The notes: generated from the letters alone by a model not told the origin. Shown: positions 25,901 through 41,112, counted from the stretch's first letter. The stretch is 64,000 nt of DNA from the human T2T-CHM13v2.0 reference genome, Homo sapiens (GCF_009914755.1 NC_060927.1), one strand, 5' to 3'. Program-made: numbers and translations.

Positions 25901-27154
25901 TTCTCAATTGATTTAGAAACAAACTTAGTGTAACTAAGTAGGCGTAACATACTCTTTAGTTACCCCTAGAAAGGTATATTTAGACTTGTTTAGTAAGCAG
26001 AGGTGGTAATATTCAACCAAGTAAGCAAATATAAGTATGAAATAGTTTTCCTTTAAACCCACTTGGCAGTGGAAAAAGCCAAATGGAAAACTAGCTGACC
26101 ACTCTGATCCTGTTTGTCTTACACAGTAGTTAAGCTAAATGCCACTCAGACAATGATTTATTTATTAAAGCAAAGAAAATATTTTTCTTTCCTAAAATCG
26201 TAATGTAAAATAATAAATATAAGAGTACATTTTGACTCTGTGATAGAATCCGTGTTCCTCGCCATAATATGTTAGGTTGCATAACATTTTTTTTAAAGGG
26301 ACAAAAGCTGGAGAATTCATACGTTGTGTTAGCAAGAAAAAATAGATAATGGAAGCAGGACTTTCCTGCCCCTTCCCTAAAGCTTCAAGTAATTTGAAGC
26401 GTGAAAAAGAAAATGAAACTTAAAAAATCAGTGAGAACAATGTGCTTCCCTAGAGGCTCTTTTCATTATGATAGCACTTATTTCCAAGAATGCTTCTGAA
26501 TATGTATCCCAGGCAATTAATGCAACATACATTTGTCTTTAATACTTTTCCAGTTTGAAGATATTTGTCCTCAGTGGCAGAATATAAAAAGGAGTTGAAT
26601 AGGTTTCTTTCTGTTCCATTATCTTTTCTTTTTACACTGGTTGCCCTAGCAGGGGCTATCTTTTCCTTGTTTTTCCTCACCTTTTAAATCCAGTTTTTGT
26701 TATCTTTAGCATTTTATTCAACTTCGTTTTATATTTTGCTTTAACATTCTGGTTCTATAATGCTACTTTATCTTGTATATCACTCCGTACTTATTGGGGT
26801 TTTTCCATGTCTGCCAGTCACATCTCTTGAGGAATGATTCTCACTTGAGAGGTAGTGAGATTTTTCTTCCAGCTCAAAACCAGGAGAAAGGAAGACCTGC
26901 CTGATTCCGTCTTTGGACTCAAGGAGCCCATGAGATAAAGGCTGTCTCATAAGGTAGCATCAGGCTTTTGTTTTGACACAAGTTTACCATGCGTTTTCTA
27001 TAGTCTCCTTTCATTACCTACTAAAACTTATCCGAATACTTACAGAGAATGGTTTTGTGCAAACTGCCTTGCTCTTGGCTGCTTAGTGGAGCCTTATTTC
27101 CTGTAGTCTGTAGCAGCTACTGCAATGGGTAGAACTTAGAATTCCACCTTAAAA

Positions 27155-27325
27155 TTGGGATTCTTACAAAGTCCACCAAACCCATGAGGAGTCTATATTT
27201 GAGTTTTGAGGATATTCAAAAGCCCTGAAATGTTATGTAATTTCACGTGTACAGTTTTCTGGAGAGTGAGTCTGTAGCATACAGAGGTGTTTGTGTCATG
27301 CCTCACCACAGTTTAAGAGCTGTTT
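27155..27325. mobile_element. Possible old hAT-Charlie MITE
   Basis: gggattctta...ttttctggagagtgagtctgtagc...gtttaagagc resembles Charlie-type MITEs; very diverged. Confidence 0.35.
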
Positions 27326-30300
27326 ATATGCATTGTACAGAGCCCAAGGGTATTCTGGAAACAACAAAGATATGAAAACCTTGGTTATAGAGAATTAGAG
27401 AATTACTGTTCCATGAGTGTGGAATACATTATATTAGACTAGATGAGCTGGTGTAAAGGAGTCATTGTAACAAAATCAACAAAGGTTTCTTATGCCTGTG
27501 GAATAGCTTCCATGGAGCTTTTTCCCAAGTGATCCCTCCAGAGTTGTTTTTGTAGAATCATCTGGGCAGCTGTGCGTTGTATTCATGCTGAGGTGATAGA
27601 TGAATACTTTTCAGAATGGACATGTTATGATACATTTCAGGATCCTTTTACCTTGAAAACTATGTTGCTGCCATGTTGGAAAAATAACACCTAGCAAAAA
27701 TGATTAATGTGGAAGGGTACGTCTTTAATCTGTGATGAAGAGAAATTAATTTCATCTTCCCTCACCTCAAATCCCTGTTCTATGTAATGGACATTAGCAG
27801 ATCTATATTGTACTCATGGCACCTAAATAAATTCATACCATTAAAGGGAGTTTTAGATTTATTACCTATTAGATATATTATTTATTCAGGTTAAATGAGA
27901 ATTTGGCTTTGCAATGTGTATTCGTTATTTGGGTAATGAAGTAACAAACATTTTAATGTTACTTTTCAAAATGTAAAATGTAAATGATTTATATTTGAAT
28001 TATTATAGACTTCATATGCTTAGTGTACAACAGAAGTTTGTAATGTTTTATTTTTAAGGAAAGTTACACTTTGGGAAGGGTGATCCATGGAGGCAGAATG
28101 TACCAAACTGCCTAGAGGAAATGTGTTTCTTTTTCCTAGAGGAAAAGCATAACGATTGGAGTAGCCACCAATAGTTAGGCTTTTTATCCATGTTATCAGG
28201 GCATTAAATTTTTTGGCATATAAAATAACCCTTTATCCTCAGAAGTTGCTGCTTCTGGGTTTTTGCCTGACTAGAGAGTTACAGAAAGATAATTGAAAAT
28301 AAAATGTATGCAGTTTGAAAAATATTCAAACTAAATTCAAATTGGTTTTTAGAAGTTACATTTGTAAAAAATCACACTTGATTGCCATTTAAAAACCATC
28401 AAACTTCAGATGTGGGTTTAATGACAATACTATAGAACAACATATCTTAGAAAAAGAAACTACATGACAAATAGATTGCAGTGAGCATATTTAACATCCT
28501 TTTAGGCAGCCTGTCACAGTGCTGGTTAGTGACCAAGTCAGACAGGCACTTAAGCAGGTCATTTCCAGCATTCACTAGCAGGTGCAGGTTTTATATGATG
28601 TTTGTTTTCCAACTTTTGATTTTAAAACTTTGAAATCTTAATTTGCAGAGAACATTCTTGCCTGATAAAACAGACATTCTTTTTGTGTTGCTTTGAAATG
28701 TTCACTTTTATAAACCTATGCTGTCCGGAGTTTCTATTTCCAAACTTTGTACCATTAGATAGGCTGTGGTCCTGAGTGGGCCAGTTGTTTGAGTATTGCT
28801 TGCAGATTTGATTCCTCAATGGAAATGTTCCCGTAAAGCTTATTCAGATAATTATTATTTATTCTTTAAGCATGAAAAGCAGGTCAAATAGCTATGGTGT
28901 AATTTTCAGAATTATTTATACTTTTTGTGTAACACAAGAGAGATTATACATCCCTAGTAGAAATCTCAGGAAAAGAACCCTTTCCATTTGGTAGCGATAC
29001 TTAGTTTTGAGATGTGATTTGCATCTTTGCTGTAATTTGAAAGACAAATGGCTTAAGGTGCATGTTTTTAAATGAAGTTTGAGATTTTTAAAAAATATGC
29101 CTTTTAAAAAAATATTTCTTCTTGTATTGAGGCCTCTCTTACATTAAATCTTTGAGAGCCATTGTTTCCTTAAGTAAATAAGGTACTTCTTTAATCCTCT
29201 CTGAGAGTGGGGAAAATGCCCACAGGGTATAGAGAAAGGAAGGACTGGTACTCTCAGATACTTTGTAATATTTTAGTTCTTTGATTTCAAAAAATCACTC
29301 TCCTCTTTCTTAACAACTGCTTTCTTTCATCTAAATTAGACATTAGATGTTAAAATCTTCATGGATTTTAATTATATCAAATCATGCTATTTCTGGATAA
29401 TTAATGATGGACAATTAATACTAATGTATTAATTGAAGTATTCTATGGAGTACCTTTTTACATGTTGGGTAACTCTACCCTCAACTGATAAAGGAATAAA
29501 TAATTTTAAATTTCATAAGTCATAGGATCTTTTCATTTTATGCATAATAAATCAAGACACATGCTAATAGACTGATACTTTCAAAAATCAAATTTTAAAT
29601 GTGCCACTTGCCTTTTAGAGTGATACTGAAGTGGTGCAATCTGGAAAATACATGATAGAATTTCTACCAAACATTAATATTTATCTTCTGGATCACCACC
29701 TGAAGACTAATAGCACTATGTCTAGAATTCTTGTCATGGGCCGTGTTAGTAAAACAGTAATAAAAGTGATAGAGTAGTTCACTATTTTATGTCCTGTGGC
29801 TGGTTATGGTCATCTGGCTGAAGTCTATCCCATATTAATCCCTTGAGTCAACAGTCAGGAACATTCAGTGATGTACTTGAAATACTTTTAACATGTGGTA
29901 TTTAGAATGTTTAGAATGTCAAAGGATCCTTTGTAATGATCTTCCCCTTGGGTAGTTCAAAAGATATTTTTAAAGTTATTTTTCAAAGAGCACAGTATTT
30001 GAAGATTTTAATAAGATATAAATCTAGAGTACTTTGGGGAAAAAAAGCTCAATTCTAGAAAAGGAAAAATCATACCATACAGTGAAGTGATATATTAGTC
30101 AAATAATCTATGAAAAAATTCAAGAAAATAGAGCATGTGTTCATTTTTGGTTGAAAAAAAGGAACTTTTTTTATGAACAAGAGAATGCATTTGATGCTCT
30201 CTTGGGAAACTGTTACACCCTTCTCTAATTGTGTTTTTCACATTTTATGTTCAAGTGTAGATGACTGAAGAGATAACATAACCTGTTCATATTTTTCATA

Positions 30301-32998
30301 GAACATATTAAAGCCTGTTTCTATGGCAACAACTTTTAATTGGCAAATCCCATTCTGTCAGCACTCTCAAGTGGATTTTTCTTGGGTACATTGAATTGTT
30401 AGAAATGCTTCACAAAGTAAAAGTTAGATTTGGCATTACTGTTTGGCATGAAAGATGTTCATGGTCAAGGATTTATTTTATTAAATAATTTATAGTATGT
30501 GTAGTAAGTTGCTGTACAGATGATACATCTATCTCAACATCCCGTTGGTGTGTCAAGATACCTGCTGAGAATTGATACAGACACTTAGGGCTTGCACACT
30601 GAAAATAGCAACTTGGGTTATTTCACACAAGTAAAGTAGGCAAATGCCTTACCTGGCAGGAAAAAAAAAGTTTGAAAAAAACACTAAAATCCTTTTAGGC
30701 AACATTTTAGACTTTTTAAAGCAGCATATTTATAGTTTTTATTTCCTTATGGCTCTGACTTTAATAGTATAGGTTGATTTGTTAGAAACATAGTTTGCAG
30801 CTTTCTTACTCATAAATTTTATTTCTTGAATCAATGTGGTGCAGAATGTTGAAGCAGGTATTTGGTAAGTTGGATCTGGCTACTGCAGTGTTGTAAAAAT
30901 AGATTAAGTAAACAGACACAACAGGCCAATGCAGCTTGAGTTTTGAACCCTTCTGAGACCCCGTATAGCTTTAATAGTCTTTAGTTCTAAGAAGGAAAAC
31001 TATGAATCTCTCAGGTAATTTTAATATTATATAATGAAGGAAGATCTATCTTACAGCCAATAATCAGGTGTTGTATCTTTTGTAATTATTTCAGAGCGCT
31101 TTATCTGAAAGCTTCAATTTTTAAGCTATTCCAGTCTGTGTATTTTTTTTTTTTTTTTTGGTCTTTGCTATTTTTATATCACTGCGGTAGCATAACCCTG
31201 CACCAAGTACAAGACAGTATTGCAGTTTGTGTTGAATGTAAAACTGTTATTAAATGAAAGCTAATAAAGCAAATTCTTGGAAAGAAGGAAATTGTCTACA
31301 TTCAAGACTTAAAATATTAAAATCAAATTTGTCTTCTAAAAATTAAAATATGAAAGGACTAAATGAAACTGTATATTTCCCCCTCTTCAAAAGTCATGAC
31401 TTCATGTAGTCAAGGACCAAAATCTGATTAGTCACTCGTATTAATTATTTTTCACTGTTGCATAAATTCTGTAAAAGTGTTCCTTTCTCATATATCATCT
31501 TTGTCTCTTAAAACTGTCCTTACTGTGTTTTTGGATTTTTGTCCTTTTCATCAGAAGTCACAGAAAGCTTTTATGGCTGAATAGTTCAACCTCACCTAGG
31601 TAAAGTGCCATTGTATCTTTCTAATCCATATGTTTCCTGAGCAGTTATGACTCTTGTAATTTTATAATTATATTTAAAAGAAATAAATTGTGTGTATATA
31701 TATTTATAAATATAAGTATGTGTACACACATGCATATATGCTCTGTGGGTATATTTGTATGAATTTATTGCTAGTAGTCTAAGAAAAGGATGAGATGGTA
31801 TTATTAATAACTTAGATGAAGAGTGGTAAGCCAGTTTACCAAGGCTTTTCCATAAATTAGTGAGAAAGGTAAAAGTAAAAATAAAGATTAGATGGCCTAC
31901 AGCTCCCTGTAAAATAATCCGTTCTCAGAACCACAGGCCTTTTGCATTGTTTTATGGGCCAACAGGCTTTCACTAGACCCTTGACATTCTTGTAGTTTAG
32001 ATTTCTGGTTTTTAACATTCAGGAACTGTCCCAAAGATTCATTACATGTAATCGATTGTTTTTGGTCCTTGGGAGGAAATTTTCATCAGGTGCTCTGAGT
32101 TGACTTGAGGACTCAGCTGGAGAAGGCATCTAGTTGGCTACCCTCTTCAAGATATCTTTGTTGACTGTTCATATAAGCCATAACTATGGTGAGGAGGATG
32201 GAGTATTTGTCCATTTGGGAATTTACAAAGGTCCGTGGAACACATAACATTAAAATATCAGGTTCTTTTCATACCAGTGCTTTACAAACAGGACTTGAGA
32301 AATGAGAATAGTATAATAAATGTCAGTAGTTATGGATTTTAGCTTTTCAGCTTTTATTAACCCTACCAGTCCCAGTCCCATAGTTGAGTGAAACAATAAA
32401 TGTCTGTCTTCTCTTTGCTCTCAATTTCTATGCCAAGTGCAGTTCCCTTGATTGTGAGTGCTTCAGACTCCCAGCTCTTACCTTTACCTACCTAGGTCCA
32501 ATCTAAAGTTTCCGACTTTGAGGAGGTATGACTAGGTACTGTATGGGAAAAGGATAGGATAGAAAGGGGCATAGAATTCCTAGGAAATGACCACTGATTC
32601 TGGTTCAGAGGCCTAGCAGTTGAAAGCTAGAGCTGGAAATCTGGAAGCTTTATTAATGGTATTTAGTAGGTATCTGGCAGCACATCTGGTAGCCTGCATG
32701 TGCATTATTTACACAGGTATTCAGGTAGATGAAGTGACTAAATGAAGAAATATCTTTATCACACACAATGAATCATGTTCTAACGTAAGGGCAAAGAAGG
32801 AAGGTGAAGTGGTGGAGGAATAGTTTCTGAGTTACTGGAAAATATGAATGTAGACATTATTAATAAAGATTAATAATAAACCTTTTCTGGTTTAGAGCCT
32901 AATTCACATGCTTTTAAACAGTTGACATGAAATATTTCATAGATTTAAATGGGGATCAGTCTTTATACATACCCTTTTTATACAGTCATGCATCTCTT

Positions 32999-33311
<313 letters not shown>

Positions 33312-33768
33312 TAACGATTGGGATATGTTCTGAGGAATGCATTGTTAGGTGATTTTGTCATTATGTAAACATCATAGAGTATACGTGCACACACCTGGAC
33401 GATATGGCCTCCTACATATCCAGGCTATGTGGTTATAGCCTATTGCTTCTAGGCTGGAAACCTGTACTGCGTGTAACTGTACTGAATACCAAGGGCAATT
33501 GTATCTCAGTGGTATTTGTGTATCTAGACATAGAAAAGGCACAGTAAACATATGGTATGAGAGATTACAAATTTTTACACCTGTATAGTATATTTATGAT
33601 GACTGGAACTTGCAGGACTGGAAGTTGTTCTGGATGAGTGAGTGAGTAGTGAGTGAATGTGAAGGCCTCAGAGATTACTATACATGACTGTTGGCTTTAC
33701 AAACACTGTGCTCTTAGGCTATACTAAATGTATATGTTTTGTTCTTCAACAAATTAACCTTAATGTAA

Positions 33769-34032
<264 letters not shown>

Positions 34033-34513
34033 AACTTTTTTAAATTTATAATTAAAAAAAAAAAAACTTACTGACTCTTTTGTAATAACACTTAGCTTAA
34101 AATGCAAACAGATTGTACATCTGTACAAAAACTTTTTTATATCTTTAAGGCTTTTCTCTATTTTTTTTTTTATTTTGTAAACCTTTAAAAACTAAGACAC
34201 AAACGTATATGTTATTTTAGGCCTACACAGGGTTGGGACCATTAATATCAATGTCTTCTTCACTCCACATCTTGTCCCACTAGAAGGTCTTCAAGAATGA
34301 TACCATGCATGGAGCTGTCATCTCCTATGATAACAATGCCTTCTTCTGGAATACCTCCTGAAGGGCCTGCTGGAGGCTGTTTTACAGTTAACTTTTTTTT
34401 TTTAATTATTAGAAAGAGTACATGCTAATGATAAGTAGTATAGTAAATAAGTAAACCAGTAGCACAATCATTTATTATCATGTATTTTGTACTGTACATA
34501 ATTGTATTGTTAT

Positions 34514-34514
<1 letters not shown>

Positions 34515-34547
<33 letters not shown>
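34515..34547. repeat. (CA)n microsatellite
   Basis: Direct reading. Confidence 0.95.
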
Positions 34548-34551
<4 letters not shown>

Positions 34552-34894
34552 ATATAAGTGGGTTGTAGTCCTCTGGTGACTTAGGCCGAGATAGTTTTTG
34601 AAAATGAAATGCCATACCTTCTTTATTGTAGTGGCAAATCAAAGCTAAGTAGCAGTAAAACTGTTAATGGACTAGGATACTTGATGCAGGGAGAGGGTCA
34701 CAGGGCACAGGCAAGAATGCCCTTGCCCTAAAGACTGCAGAGTAGCAGAGCAGGAGCAGCACTTTGTGGAAAGACCCAGCTTAACCAGAACAATGCCCAA
34801 AAACCTTTGAAGTGCAGTGATGTGAGAGCGAGACTAGAAAACTTTCATTTAACAAATCTAGATAAACTTAAAATAAGAACAACAGCTATACTCT

Positions 34895-35090
34895 ACCTGT
34901 GTTCTCTAGGTGCTAGGTATTGACTTCACACAAATGTTCATTTAAATCCTCTTATATAACCTTATCAGGGAGATAGTATAGTTATTCCCATTTTATTGGT
35001 GAAGAAACAGAGGTTTAGAGGATTAAGTGCTATGTACAAGGCCGCAGGGCTGGTAAATGGCAAAATTGGGATTTGAACCTGAATACATCT
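34895..35090 (-). mobile_element. MIR
   Basis: attcccattttattggtgaagaaacagaggtttagaggattaagtg...gggatttgaacc. Confidence 0.8.
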
Positions 35091-38000
35091 TTCTGCTTTT
35101 TGAGTTCCTACTATTAAGCACTCTCTCCTTTTTCAGTTTTAAAGGAATGTTGCAGCATAATATTACACATTAAGTTGCCCTTTCTTAGATAAATTAAAAC
35201 CTTACCTAAAATGAATAATGATTCTAAGTTTGAACCATGAAATCTTCATAGCAAGGACGGATGTTATGTAACTGCTTAAACTTCTGTTCACAGATTTTTG
35301 ACACTACCTTTCAAATTTATGACCTTCTTTCTATGTTTTCGTTTTTTCTTCCAGTTCTTCATACCTATAAACCTTCCTCCTTTTGACCTTGTTATTTGCA
35401 TTTGAAAACTTGGTCCATAAAGCTTTCCTGAAAATCACATGGGAAGCAGTATTTCATACAGCTCCAGAAAACTTTTGGAAGGAAGGCTGACAGTGTTGGG
35501 GGCTTAATTCTACATGCTTCTTTATTCTCTGCATTTAGCTCCTGCCTGACATGTGCAGCATATTGCTAAACACATGTGAGACATTATTGTAGTGATATTT
35601 CCTATAGAAAACACCTTGGTATAATTCAAGATGAAAAATAGAATATACATGAGAGGTGAAAAGGCAACTTTGATTAGTAAAGTGCTGACATCCCAGTTGG
35701 AAGCACTGAGAAGTACATTCAATTGCCTCTGGCTTGCTGAATCTGTCTATCCCATACCCACCCCCATCTCACAGGGCTAACAGGGAAGCACATTTTGAAA
35801 ATTCTGATGAATGCATTCCAATTCTCTTTTGGTGGGAAAGGCTGAGTTTGCAGGGAATTGGTAGTAAAGTATTGGCACTTTCTTTGTTTCTATAATATCA
35901 ATAAATTGCAAACTGTCGTTTCTTTTACTGAACATGTGTTTCAAATACAGAGCTCATCATTAAGTCCTGTCATTTTGTGCAAAAAAAAAAAGTATGATTA
36001 CATTATAGAGAAGCAGTTGACATTTATAAATAGTAAGTAGTGGCATAAAGACTTTTCTCTTTACGTAGTGCAACATGAACAGAAATCTCCGCAAGAAGTA
36101 CCTGAAGATGGGTCTTAATATTTTTTTAAATATAATCCCCTGCTTAGGTAACATTACACATAGGTTAATGTGTATTTCACTTATTTCTTTGTAATACTTT
36201 TATTATCAATTTCAGAGCTCATTTCTGAGACAAAAATTCAGAACTAAAATTGATATTAAAACCATTGGAGTGGTGTTAATGGGAGACAGAGTTAAACAAA
36301 TTGAGCCTTTTGTACATATTTACATTTCATGTGCTTTTTAAAAACTCAAAAAATGAATGGAATGCTTTTGAAAATCAGCATACTTATTCTACTTCTTCCT
36401 CTTTGAATAAACTGCTATCCCAGAATTTCTACTTTTTAAAAGCAGCAACAAGAAGTAAAACAAAACATTCAAAGCCTTGATGTTGAGATTTTGAATAATA
36501 CATGTCTGTTTTAACATTTATCCTTAACCCCTTTCTATTTTTATCCTCTTTGGCAAAATTATGTAATAGCCTTAACTGGGTGAGCCATAGTCTCCAGATG
36601 GGTAAGATATACACAGAGAAGGAAGATATATTACAAAAGCACCTTTTAGAATATTCCATGTTCTGGCAATACAAACACGTTCTTCTGAAAGGTAGCTACT
36701 CCCAGTTTTTTGCAGTAATGTCAGGGAAACTTTATATGAGATGTAAAAATATTCCTGAGAAGTATTCTGAGTAGAAAATCCCAAAGGCCTTCTTTTTTTG
36801 TTGTTTTTAACAGGAAAACATGCTTGTACAGATGGCTAGTTGAATTTTCTAGCTTTTAAAATGGTGTACAATTTGTTGCGTTGGATCCTAAGTTTCTAGA
36901 GTGCTGCTATCTTATTGCTTCAAGGTACCTCCTAAAAGAAGCCCAGAATCTCTTGCCAAGATGCCTCCCATAGGAAGGTACCAGAACTCCTTTACATAAA
37001 CATCTCTGTTCTCTCACCCAGCCCTCCCTGGCCTGTCTCCTTGACTTCTGTCATTCCTCCCTGAAATCCCTTTTCCATGAATACCTGCTTTCTAGATAGT
37101 CCTGAACTGCTGGAAAATAGATATTGTATTCCCAATAGACTGGGAGTAGAAAGGGCCCCTGGCCATTGATGGCTTTTAAATCTGGAATGTAGGTTAGAGC
37201 TACAAATTAGCTTGCAGCTACAGTCTATCTTAGAGAATTTCTTGATATCCAAGACTAATCCTAGGTATCAGATAACTTTTAATGGGCATGATAATTTTAG
37301 GCCTTTTACTTTCTGAGCATTGAATCTACCCAAGAATAGCAGCAAAGAGCTAAAAGTCTCTGGAACTGTACTGAAACACTGGGTGAGAAAGCCATTGACT
37401 TACCTTCTTAAGGAAATGAATGTTACGGTGAAATATGATTCAGGTCTGAGGGAATATCGTTTGACTATTAGTATCCCAGCTTTATTTGTACCTCTTCTTG
37501 AGAGTGTTTCTCATGAAGTTACCTTCCATTAATGTCTTCTATAGCTAGCTTTCTTTACCAGTTGGAATTGCATTTTGTATTTCTTTTTCTATCCTGCATC
37601 ACCCAGCATAATGATAAGCAAGTAGATACCTTATATATTTATTAATGGATAAATATGAGTATTAACAACACATTGTGGATATATGTTCCCCTTTCCTGTG
37701 CGTGAGCTATAGTTGGCACAGTGAATTTCAGCATTATGTAGTTCACTAGTTCTTTGTAGAAATTGTTTTCTCAAAGGTAATTTCTTTATCGCCTTTAGTA
37801 GGAGATATGAAATTATTTTAAATAATTTTTTCTGAGAACTATACTGAAAAAATAGTGCCTAATTTATTAAGCTATTCCAGTGGTTATTGAGAGTAACCAA
37901 TTTAGTTATAAATCTATTTTTATCACTGACATTCAGTTCATCCTACATGGTTTTCCAAAACGAACCTACCATTTTAAAAACCAAGATTGTTGGGTAGATT

Positions 38001-38344
38001 TTCTTCACAATTTCATCCAAAGTGAGAATCTCTGAGACAGCAGTAATATTTTGAGGGCAAAACCAAATTTTTCCAAAGGGTAACAGATAACATTGTTTAT
38101 AATTTGCAAAATAGTCATAGTCAATTAGTGTGAAATACATATTTTAACTAAATGTGTACTGTGATTAAAGCTATAAGAAGTCTGTCTGACTATTTATATA
38201 CAGTGAGAAGAGTCTTTCACAGACTGTTTGCTTAATTGCTGCATTTTTAAACACCACTAGCTATTTGAATTTCAGTTTGACACTGTTTTAGTTCTGAATA
38301 TAGCCTGCCAAATTTGTTTATACGGTACATATGCCTCATGCAGA

Positions 38345-38700
38345 TGTCTCTGACACCTTAATTGTTCTGTGACCTTGTACAAATTATTTAATTTCACAGG
38401 ATGTCTGAATCCTTGTCAGCAAAGTGGGGAGTAACAGTACTGGTGCTATAGAATCCTTGACAGAATTATGTGAGATCTACTCTTTCCTTTATTCAGCACT
38501 CTGTGGCACACTCTAAGCTAGGTGAAACAGGGTGCCTGCCCTCATGGATCTTATTCCCTAGTGCAGGAATTAGTTGATAAATAAACACATAAATAAGCAA
38601 CATAATTACAGGCATGACAAGTACTATACAGAAAATAAACAGGGACAGGTGTCAGATGGAGCCTGACTCTGGGAGACCTTTAGATGGGTGTTATGTCCAG
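38345..38700. mobile_element. MIR (+) followed by L2 fragment (-)
   Basis: tgtgaccttgtacaaattatttaa; then cctgccctcatggatcttattccctagtg. Confidence 0.6.
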
Positions 38701-38760
38701 TACTCTTGGAAGAGCATAAACAATAAATAGTAATTTTCTCCCTTCATCATCCATAGTTAA

Positions 38761-39059
<299 letters not shown>

Positions 39060-39809
39060 TTCAGCTTTTATTTAATTATTATATTCACAGTCTATAAAAC
39101 AAAAATATGGATAAGTAGTTTTTATCCTGTGAGAAATATTTTTAAAGTTTAAGATTTTGTAGCAGACATGTTATTGCTTCAAGGTTAACGGAGTGACTAG
39201 TACATTTTCATTATTTTGTGGCATAATATAAATTATTTTAAACTTTTTGTTTAAATAAAATGCAGGCCAACTGTTGCGCTGTTTATCAAATGATAGTCCT
39301 AATTAATATTTGTCTGTTTTTTCTTCTCAAGCATTTTGGTGCTATATTTCACAGAAGACATTTGTGTGCTAGCTTATCTTGCCACCCCACTTGAACAATT
39401 TAGGCAGCTGTTTTGTCTTGGATTTTTAGGTCCTATATAACCAGACAATCAGTCATTACTCTTGACTTCTCTTAATGAGCGCAGTCTTTCTGTATTCTTA
39501 GGTCATCTTCACTAAGGAGTGTCTTCCTGAAATTCAAGTAGGCCTCAGCAAGAGCATTGGATGGATGGATTATCTTTGCTTGTATTTTAGAGTTCTTAAC
39601 CTGGCATTTGACGTTACTTTCACTTAACTCTTGCATTAACTCTGAACTTAACCTCCCCTGAACAAAGCCTTTACCCCAAACAGATTGCTTTAGCCACTGT
39701 CTGTTGCCTAGCGGGAATGTTCACACCTGTGTGGTTTTAGTTACTGCCATTTTACCTATCAGGCCCTCCTGGCTTTTTTAATTCCTGGGAAGTCAGCTGT
39801 GTTATAGAG

Positions 39810-40305
39810 GAGAGGTCCCCAACCCTGGGCTGCACAGCAGGAGGTGAGTGGCTGATGAGTGGATGAAGCTTCATCTCTATTTACAGCTGCTCCGCATTGC
39901 TGGCATTACCACCTGAGTTCTGCCTCCTGTCAGATCAGTGACAACGTGTTGGATTCTCATAGGAGTGTGAACCCTATTGTGAACTGTGCATGCAGGGGAT
40001 CTAGGTTGGAGACGCTTTATGAGAATCTAATGCCTGATGATCAGTCACTGTCTCCTGTCACCCCCAGATAGGACCATCTAGTTGCAGGAAAACAAGCTCA
40101 GGGCTCCCACTGATTCTACATTATGGTGAGTGTTATAATTATTTTATTATATATTACAATGTAATAATAATAGAAATAAAGTGCATAATAAATGTAATGT
40201 ACTTGAATCATCCCCAAACCATCCGCCACTCCACCACCACCAGTCCAGGGAAGAATTGTCTTCCACGAGGCTGATCCCTGGTGCCAAAAAGGTTGGGGAC
40301 CACTG
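39810..40305 (+). mobile_element. MER1A (hAT-Charlie)
   Basis: TIRs gagaggtccccaac / ggttggggaccactg; 8-bp TSD ttatagag (39802-09) / ttatagaa (40306-13). Confidence 0.92.
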
Positions 40306-40329
40306 TTATAGAAGACATAATGCTCAGAC

Positions 40330-40475
40330 TTGATATCAGACCTGATTTGCTACTGTGTGATCTTAGGCAAATCCTTTCACCTCTCTGAGCTTTAATTTCC
40401 TCATTGGCATAATGTAGTTAGTACATTTACTCATATCATCATTTCAGGTTAATTGAATCTGCTTTGAAAGTGCTC
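40330..40475 (+). mobile_element. MIR
   Basis: tgtgtgatcttaggcaaatcctttcacctctctgagctttaatttcctcat. Confidence 0.7.
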
Positions 40476-41112
40476 CACTCCTAGTCTGTCTTTCCTCTGC
40501 ATTTTTTCCACCCTGGTTTCACAGCGCACTTCATATTAACATTCATCTATTTTCTGTAATATATCCTATATTAAGCTTTATTGCAGCCCTACCTTGACCC
40601 TATTCCACCTTTTCTTCTGTTTTTTGTTTGTTTTTGTTTTGATTTTTGGTAGGTTGTCAGATAACAGAGATAAATTAAGATTCTCAAAAAAGTTTGGGGA
40701 TTACCTGTTTATTGTAATGAACCATCTTTTCAATTGCTCGAACAGTATTTAGTATAAATGAAGTACAAGAAATGGTCTGTATGAATTAACAATTTCTTTT
40801 CCATGGTGGACCCATAGAAATACATTAAAGAAAAACTCATGGGGGTATAGCATGTTCCTAAGTGTAACATTGGGAAAACAACAAAAGGAAAAAAGGACAG
40901 AAATACACTCATGGTAAGTAGTAAGCTGGCTGGACAATACAAAGAGAAAATATAATAATGCAATCCTGTTGGCACATGTAATAGGATGTGATGTACTGCC
41001 AAAATGGATTGTCTAATCTGAAAGTTTCCCCAGCTTAAAAAAATCTTGGAGATAAGAACATTGGCATTCCATTCTAAGACTTGTTAGGTTTCAAATGATT
41101 GAGAATATGTTT

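Noticed and set aside
28111-28145. Direct repeat cctagaggaaa x2
   Set aside because: Only two 11-bp copies; simple slippage, not an array.
35522-37532. Cluster of 60-90 aa ORFs in unique AT-rich DNA
   Set aside because: No recognisable domain, low-complexity composition, and no consistent exon structure; expected by chance.
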